A stretch of 64,000 bases of DNA from an uncultured Pseudomonadales bacterium (GTDB lineage Bacteria; Patescibacteriota; Microgenomatia; UBA1400; UBA1396), in NCBI GenBank assembly GCA_964519905.1, contig CAZFLN010000006.1:4058-68057 (forward strand), given 5' to 3'. The stretch's first letter is position 1. Every line of letters starts with the position of its first letter. Shown in pieces: positions 59,295 through 64,000 of this stretch. The notes beneath the pieces were generated by a model that ran no database searches, was not told where the DNA came from, and was given only the letters and a program-made list of their open reading frames with translations. The translations under genes and the position numbers were made by a program.

Positions 59295-59798
59295 ATGTAT
59301 AGGGATAAAAATAAGCCACCATTATCACCACAGGATACTAAGTTTTGGAGCTATGCTGCCAAACTAAAGAAGAACGGTCACAAGACTATTGTTCACGCAT
59401 TAGCTTGGGAGTCTCCGAAAGCATATCAGTACCTACTCTCACTGTTTCGAGATAAAACTCCACTAGAACGCATCACAATTCTTCTCTGGCGTGATTATCA
59501 ATCCGTGGTCAGGAAACTTGAGATGAAAGGTTATGGCACGCTCTCACCATCCAGCCTGAGAACTTTTCGGGAAAAATACTTCCTTACTAAGGATCTTCCT
59601 AATCCTGAGTTGGATAAAAATAAGACGTCAGTAGAGGCAACACTCGCTCACCAGCTAGGCACACAACTCACCAAAATGGCTGAATCTCTCGATGAGATTG
59701 AACGAAGAGTGTATCCAACCAAAATTGGACATAATCTTCGTAAAAAAGCCTTTGATTCACTCCGAAAAGCTGTGATTTTGCAAACTCGATTGTCATAA
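59295..59798 (+). CDS. hypothetical protein
   Basis: 167-aa ORF. Confidence 0.4.
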   Translation: MYRDKNKPPLSPQDTKFWSYAAKLKKNGHKTIVHALAWESPKAYQYLLSLFRDKTPLERITILLWRDYQSVVRKLEMKGYGTLSPSSLRTFREKYFLTKDLPNPELDKNKTSVEATLAHQLGTQLTKMAESLDEIERRVYPTKIGHNLRKKAFDSLRKAVILQTRLS

Positions 59799-60068
59799 AG
59801 TGTCGGATAAGTCGGCATATTCTTGACGTACTCGGTCTGCGAGTCATACTAAGTTCATATATTCAATAAATACGGATATATCGAACTAATATGACATCAA
59901 GAAAATATAGAAATACCCCTATAAATCCTCTCAAATCAGAGCAGTTACTCACTCAAAAACAGCTCATCAGCAAGATAAATAAGCACACAGCCTTTACGTA
60001 TAGGTTTGTGGACATCCTTTCCAGACAAATTGACCAGATGGATAACAAGTACAGAAAGGATAAAGAAA

Positions 60069-60686
60069 ATGGCAGGTAAAGCTCCTTACAAACCCTCTCT
60101 AATTGGTGACTATGAATGGGACGAGGTTTCATCAGCACTCAATAAAATGATTCGCAGAAATCGTGAGTATGAAGCCTGCTTCTGGGCTTATGTCATACAC
60201 CAATCTGGTTATGGTCTGTATTTGTGGAGAAGACTTACCCTCATAGCTGCTGAAGATATTGGCAATGCTAGTCCAATGAGCCAAATCTTGGTTGATGCTC
60301 TGGCCTCAAATTGGGAACGGATGCACAAGCAAGCTAAAGAACCAACTTTAGCAAAGTTAGCTTTAGTGTTTCAGGCAATTCAAGCTCTTTGTCAGGCAAA
60401 GAAAACTCGTGAGATTGATGACCTGAGAAATCTCATTGCTCAGGAATACGAATATCTTGGTAAGAGGTTGGAAATCCCTGATGTAGCAAAAGACTGTCAC
60501 ACCGCCGTTGGCAAGGCTAAGTACGGAAAGTTTGGTGATAAAGATGGTCGTGAAGAAGAACGTCTGAGGCTCTGGAGAGCTGAATGGAATGTGGTTGAGC
60601 CAGAAGCATATAAGGGAAAGTACTTGGAGCAGCTCAAGGTAGTCGAGAAAGAAATTATCAAAAGAAAGGGAGAGGAAAAGGAGTGA
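60069..60686 (+). CDS. standalone MgsA/RarA C-terminal-domain-like protein
   Basis: MIRRNREYEACFWAY...LWRRLTLIAAEDIGNASP matches the MgsA_C signature (SIRGSDxDAALYW...RRLxxIAsEDIGlAdP). Confidence 0.5.
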   Translation: MAGKAPYKPSLIGDYEWDEVSSALNKMIRRNREYEACFWAYVIHQSGYGLYLWRRLTLIAAEDIGNASPMSQILVDALASNWERMHKQAKEPTLAKLALVFQAIQALCQAKKTREIDDLRNLIAQEYEYLGKRLEIPDVAKDCHTAVGKAKYGKFGDKDGREEERLRLWRAEWNVVEPEAYKGKYLEQLKVVEKEIIKRKGEEKE

Positions 60687-60868
60687 AAACTACTTTTTTT
60701 ATATTCGGTATTGAATATAAACCTGATTATAAATGATACGTAAAAGAATAATAAATCTAATTTTCCCAAGTATGAAATTTCTCATAATTCAGTCCCTAGC
60801 TTTTCAAATTTCTTCCCCAGATACAGTACCTATTTATATTGAACTAAATCAGGTTTAGACACACAAAA

Positions 60869-61780
60869 ATGAATATGCAAACCGCCATTACTCAGTTTCA
60901 AGATTACATAACAATACAGAAAGGTTTCTCACCAAAAACTATTGATGCTTACGTAAGTGACCTGAATAAATTTTCTGACTTTTTAGCGACTCGAAATTTT
61001 CCATTCACTGTTCACCAGATACAAGAAGAGCATATAGTGAGCTACTTAGCCTTTCTCTCACATCCTAATGATAATAAAAAGCCGAATCTCGCCACCTCAA
61101 GGGCAAGAAAATTAGCGAGTATTCGTAGTTTTTTCAATTTCTTGAGAAAAAAACACTATATTGATGTCAGTCCAGCAATAGATATTGATATTCCAAAATT
61201 ACCGCAGAAAGAACCTGACTATCTAACCATCAGTGAATACCAACATTTACTTGCCACAATTAGAGAAGTAGCTTCCCCATTTTTCAAGTTGCGTGATTTG
61301 TGTATTTTTTCGTTATTTCTTTCAACTGGAATTAGAGTTAGTGAACTAGTCAACCTTACACTCGCTGATGTTGACCTTGAATATAAGACAATAAAAATTC
61401 ATCGCAAAGGTAATAAGGAGCAAACCATACCTCTGAATGATGAAATTTCTACTCTTATTCGAGAATACCTTGCCAATCGTCCTGAAGCACAAATAAATCA
61501 GCTTTTTATTAGCAAAAAAGGTAATGGAGTCAAAGCAAATACTGTTTATTGTCTGGTAAAAAAGTACCTAAAGTTGGCAAATCTTGAGAAGAGCAAACAA
61601 GGCCCTCACATTCTAAGGCACTCCTGCCTTAGCACACTTCTCGCCAATGGTGTAAATCCAGTCATTATTCAGCAGTTAGCTGGACATAGAAGCTTCGATA
61701 CAACCAGACGTTACTTACACCTCAATAACGCTCAAATTCGTGAAGCAGTACAAACAATAAATCTGAAAGGAGATTTATGA
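60869..61780 (+). CDS. tyrosine recombinase (XerC/XerD-like integrase)
   Basis: SAM-like N-terminal domain; catalytic R (GIRVSE), HILRHS, GHRSFDTTRRYLH (H-R-Y). Confidence 0.8.
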   Translation: MNMQTAITQFQDYITIQKGFSPKTIDAYVSDLNKFSDFLATRNFPFTVHQIQEEHIVSYLAFLSHPNDNKKPNLATSRARKLASIRSFFNFLRKKHYIDVSPAIDIDIPKLPQKEPDYLTISEYQHLLATIREVASPFFKLRDLCIFSLFLSTGIRVSELVNLTLADVDLEYKTIKIHRKGNKEQTIPLNDEISTLIREYLANRPEAQINQLFISKKGNGVKANTVYCLVKKYLKLANLEKSKQGPHILRHSCLSTLLANGVNPVIIQQLAGHRSFDTTRRYLHLNNAQIREAVQTINLKGDL

Positions 61781-61926
61781 CCAAAGCAGTAAAAATTATC
61801 GCCATTGGATTGGCTGTGATAGTTGGTATCACATTTATCTCAATGATGTTTTCTGGCAAGGCTCAAGAGTCATTCCAGCAAGGAATGGATAGTGCCAAAA
61901 ATACTGTTCAAGAAGGAGGAAAATGA
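61777..61926 (+). CDS. 49-aa membrane peptide
   Basis: ATGA overlaps with both neighbours; one TM helix. Confidence 0.3.
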   Translation: MTKAVKIIAIGLAVIVGITFISMMFSGKAQESFQQGMDSAKNTVQEGGK

Positions 61927-62627
61927 AAACAGCAACGAAAAAACCAATGAAGTGGTGGATGTGGTTAGTAGCTCTCGCTTTCTTACCCATCTCGCTGAGC
62001 GTATGGGCGTGGAAAAAGGAAAACTGGTCACAATCTAAAAAACTCAAAGTTATTGCTGGTGTTTGGATAGGTTTCCTGGTGATTGGTGCTTTGAATGGTT
62101 CATTTGCTGAACCTTCCACTACATCGTCACAAAATACCGTCAACAATGCTGTTTCTCAGCCTCCTAAAGAGGAAAAAAGAGACGAAAATGCAGTCATCAA
62201 TCAAGAACTCCTTGATGAGAGAAAAACCTACGATACGCAACGTGGGAATAACTTGGAAGCTGCCAAAACTGCTCAAGCCCTCGTTGACCTAGCTCAAGCT
62301 GCTAGTCCAGGCACAGGATTTGATACATATATTCGTCTTGAAGCGCCAGATAAAGCCAGCAAAAAGTATGAGCTGGGCGGAGATGCACAAGAATATAAAA
62401 ATGAAGTTAGTTTTGTTGGCTTGACTATTGTGATTGATTCAAGTGTGTGGTCAGGTGCAAATGAAGACCAAAAAAAGAACTTGATTGCTTCTTGGGCTAA
62501 GATTATGCAAAACCAATATCCTAACGCTGGTGGCTGGATGAAAGTGACCAATGGTCTACGAGATGTGGCAGAAGCTAATTGGCTAACAGCTAAGTATGGG
62601 AAGAGTCCAGATATCAAATTGAAATAG
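61923..62627 (+). CDS. membrane-anchored secreted protein
   Basis: two N-terminal hydrophobic helices then a soluble domain. Confidence 0.45.
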   Translation: MKTATKKPMKWWMWLVALAFLPISLSVWAWKKENWSQSKKLKVIAGVWIGFLVIGALNGSFAEPSTTSSQNTVNNAVSQPPKEEKRDENAVINQELLDERKTYDTQRGNNLEAAKTAQALVDLAQAASPGTGFDTYIRLEAPDKASKKYELGGDAQEYKNEVSFVGLTIVIDSSVWSGANEDQKKNLIASWAKIMQNQYPNAGGWMKVTNGLRDVAEANWLTAKYGKSPDIKLK

Positions 62628-62858
62628 TTAGAAGAAAGTTGGTCTCAAAATTAGATTCACGCTCATTGACATTCTATTACTTTTATTGCGATACACAGAT
62701 ATATTTGCATATTTTGTTGTGTAATTGGTTGCTATAATGGCAATACGCAAAAAAGTTATTGCTAGCCACTCTGAGTGAGCTAAATCCTTCGGTACGGTGC
62801 CGAAGTCAAACAACAGTTCCGTAGTTATTTCTACTTGCGTTAGAAAGCTACGGTTGTT

Positions 62859-63044
62859 GTGAGACAAAGTTCAATTATCTCTATTGAAAAAGCCCAGGCA
62901 ATACTGCGTAAGAGCAAGCACAGTTTTTCAGATGACCAAACAGAGCGTCTGATTGATGTGATGGAAAAATTTTCTTCCGCAATTATCGACAAAATCGACT
63001 CCAAAAAAGAATCGGTTCCCCATTTGGCGGAGCGGAAAACTTAG
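62859..63044 (+). CDS. 61-aa small protein (GTG start) upstream of the second serine recombinase; homolog of 22338..22496
   Basis: about 35% identity over 36 aa (KA..L..KS....D.Q...ID....) with the small ORF preceding the first serine recombinase. Confidence 0.4.
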   Translation: MRQSSIISIEKAQAILRKSKHSFSDDQTERLIDVMEKFSSAIIDKIDSKKESVPHLAERKT

Positions 63045-63064
63045 CTATTATCTGAAGGTAAGAA

Positions 63065-64000
63065 ATGAGAGATAAAAAACCCACAGCACTAATAATGACG
63101 CGAGCATCATCTGGAAAACAGGTGATTGAAGGAGATACTATTGATGCTCAGATTGAAGATGCTAAATACTTTATAAGCCAAAATAATTGGGATTGGCATG
63201 CAAAAATATTTGAACTTGTTGAATCTGCCACTATCCCGGATAGGGAGCAATTTCAAGAGGTTTTAGACTTTTGTGAATCTCATAAAAATGAGATAGATTT
63301 TGTTGTTTTCAAAGATATTTCAAGACTAACAAGAAAAGGAACTACTGATTATTTCATACTCAAAAAAGGCCTAGCTGAGTTTGGTATAGAAATTAGAGAT
63401 ACAACTGGTGTGATTCGACCAGTTATAAACCCTTTCGAAAAATACAACCTCCAATATGACTGGGCTATGTATTCCCCCTCAGAGCGGGAAGAAGCAAATG
63501 AAGCAGAATCAGCAAGAGCTTATATGAGACAAAGTATTGGTCGAATGATTCTTGCTGAGGTGAGATATGCTAAAAAAGGTTATTGGGTTAGAAGTCCTGT
63601 TTATGGATTCAAAAACGAAAAAATAACTACCTCTGACGGAATCAGGAACATAATGGTGGAAGAACCTGATGAGGCATTTTTTGTACGATTGATTTTTCAA
63701 CTAAGGGCAGAGGGACAGTTGAATGATGTGGAAATATCAGAAAAACTCAACGGTATTGGTTTTAGAACTAGAAAAATTATAAGGAGAGATAAAAGAACCA
63801 AAGCAATTATTGGGTATGGAGGAGAAAATAAAATGACTCCTAAACTTCTTCAAAGGATGATACGAAGAACAATCTATGCTGAGGTGATTTGTGAAAAGTG
63901 GACCAAGCACAAACCAATTTTAGCTGCTTTCGATGGCTTGATTGATATTGATACATTCAACAAAGCCAATCGTGGAGCTATTGAACTTGAAATGCTAAGC
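63065..64000 (+). CDS. large serine recombinase, 5' portion (runs off the window)
   Basis: ATG at 63065 and open frame to 64000 with no stop; ALIMTRASSGKQ catalytic Ser region then recombinase domain (LRAEGQLNDVEISEKLNGIGFRTRK). Confidence 0.75.
   Translation, partial: MRDKKPTALIMTRASSGKQVIEGDTIDAQIEDAKYFISQNNWDWHAKIFELVESATIPDREQFQEVLDFCESHKNEIDFVVFKDISRLTRKGTTDYFILKKGLAEFGIEIRDTTGVIRPVINPFEKYNLQYDWAMYSPSEREEANEAESARAYMRQSIGRMILAEVRYAKKGYWVRSPVYGFKNEKITTSDGIRNIMVEEPDEAFFVRLIFQLRAEGQLNDVEISEKLNGIGFRTRKIIRRDKRTKAIIGYGGENKMTPKLLQRMIRRTIYAEVICEKWTKHKPILAAFDGLIDIDTFNKANRGAIELEMLS

Larger units (their letters stand above)
55109..64000. mobile_element. AT-rich mobile-element segment (tyrosine plus serine recombinases); right end beyond the window
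   Basis: abrupt drop in GC from about 55.0 kb; recombinase genes at 60869 and 63065; phage-like small genes; att sites not identified. Confidence 0.5.

Noticed and set aside
1-64000. CRISPR arrays, rRNA genes, additional tRNAs
   Set aside because: No regularly spaced direct repeats and no rRNA-like conserved stretches seen; only one cloverleaf (tRNA-Glu) could be built.

Overview
This 64-kb window appears to come from a small-genome bacterium with housekeeping genes in short co-directional blocks. The truncated RNase P RNA, the 614-aa AlaRS lacking the usual C-terminal domains, and the many small membrane or secreted proteins suggest a Patescibacteria/CPR-like lineage; this is inference only. 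Standard genetic code fits (TGA is used as a stop). Core genes recognised: VOC-family dioxygenase, alpha/beta hydrolase, SDR, hisC, rfbA, trmD, AI-2E transporter, rnpB RNA, uppP, comM-like ATPase, S41 protease, rpsF-ssb-rpsR, ychF, mltG, ruvX, sortase, alaS, ccdA plus a DsbA-like protein, argS, an arginase-family protein, dinB, a DUF2207 protein, nrnA and vanZ.

Three accessory regions stand out.

1) An approximately 10-kb integrated element sits between exact 19-bp direct repeats at 13874-13892 and 24009-24027. The right repeat is the 3' end of a tRNA-Glu(CTC) gene. The element carries a large serine recombinase whose C-terminus reads into the tRNA, an XRE repressor, a terminase-small-subunit-like HTH protein, an HExxH protein and a 1260-aa protein with no recognisable motifs, which is a candidate novel cargo or defence gene.

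2) Immediately left of it is an AT-rich block at about 6427-13873. It encodes an OLD-family ATPase/Toprim nuclease and a Type III R-M system (mod, res). Its left end carries a roughly 270-bp non-coding segment homologous to the one at the left end of the tRNA element, which suggests tandem related islands at one tRNA site.

3) An AT-rich block from about 55.1 kb to the window end encodes a 969-aa helical protein translationally coupled to a membrane protein, a standalone MgsA_C-like protein, a XerD-like tyrosine recombinase, and a second large serine recombinase running off the window. That recombinase is missing from the ORF table because it has no stop codon in the window. It is preceded by a small ORF homologous to the one upstream of the first serine recombinase.

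No CRISPR array, no rRNA, and only one tRNA were seen.
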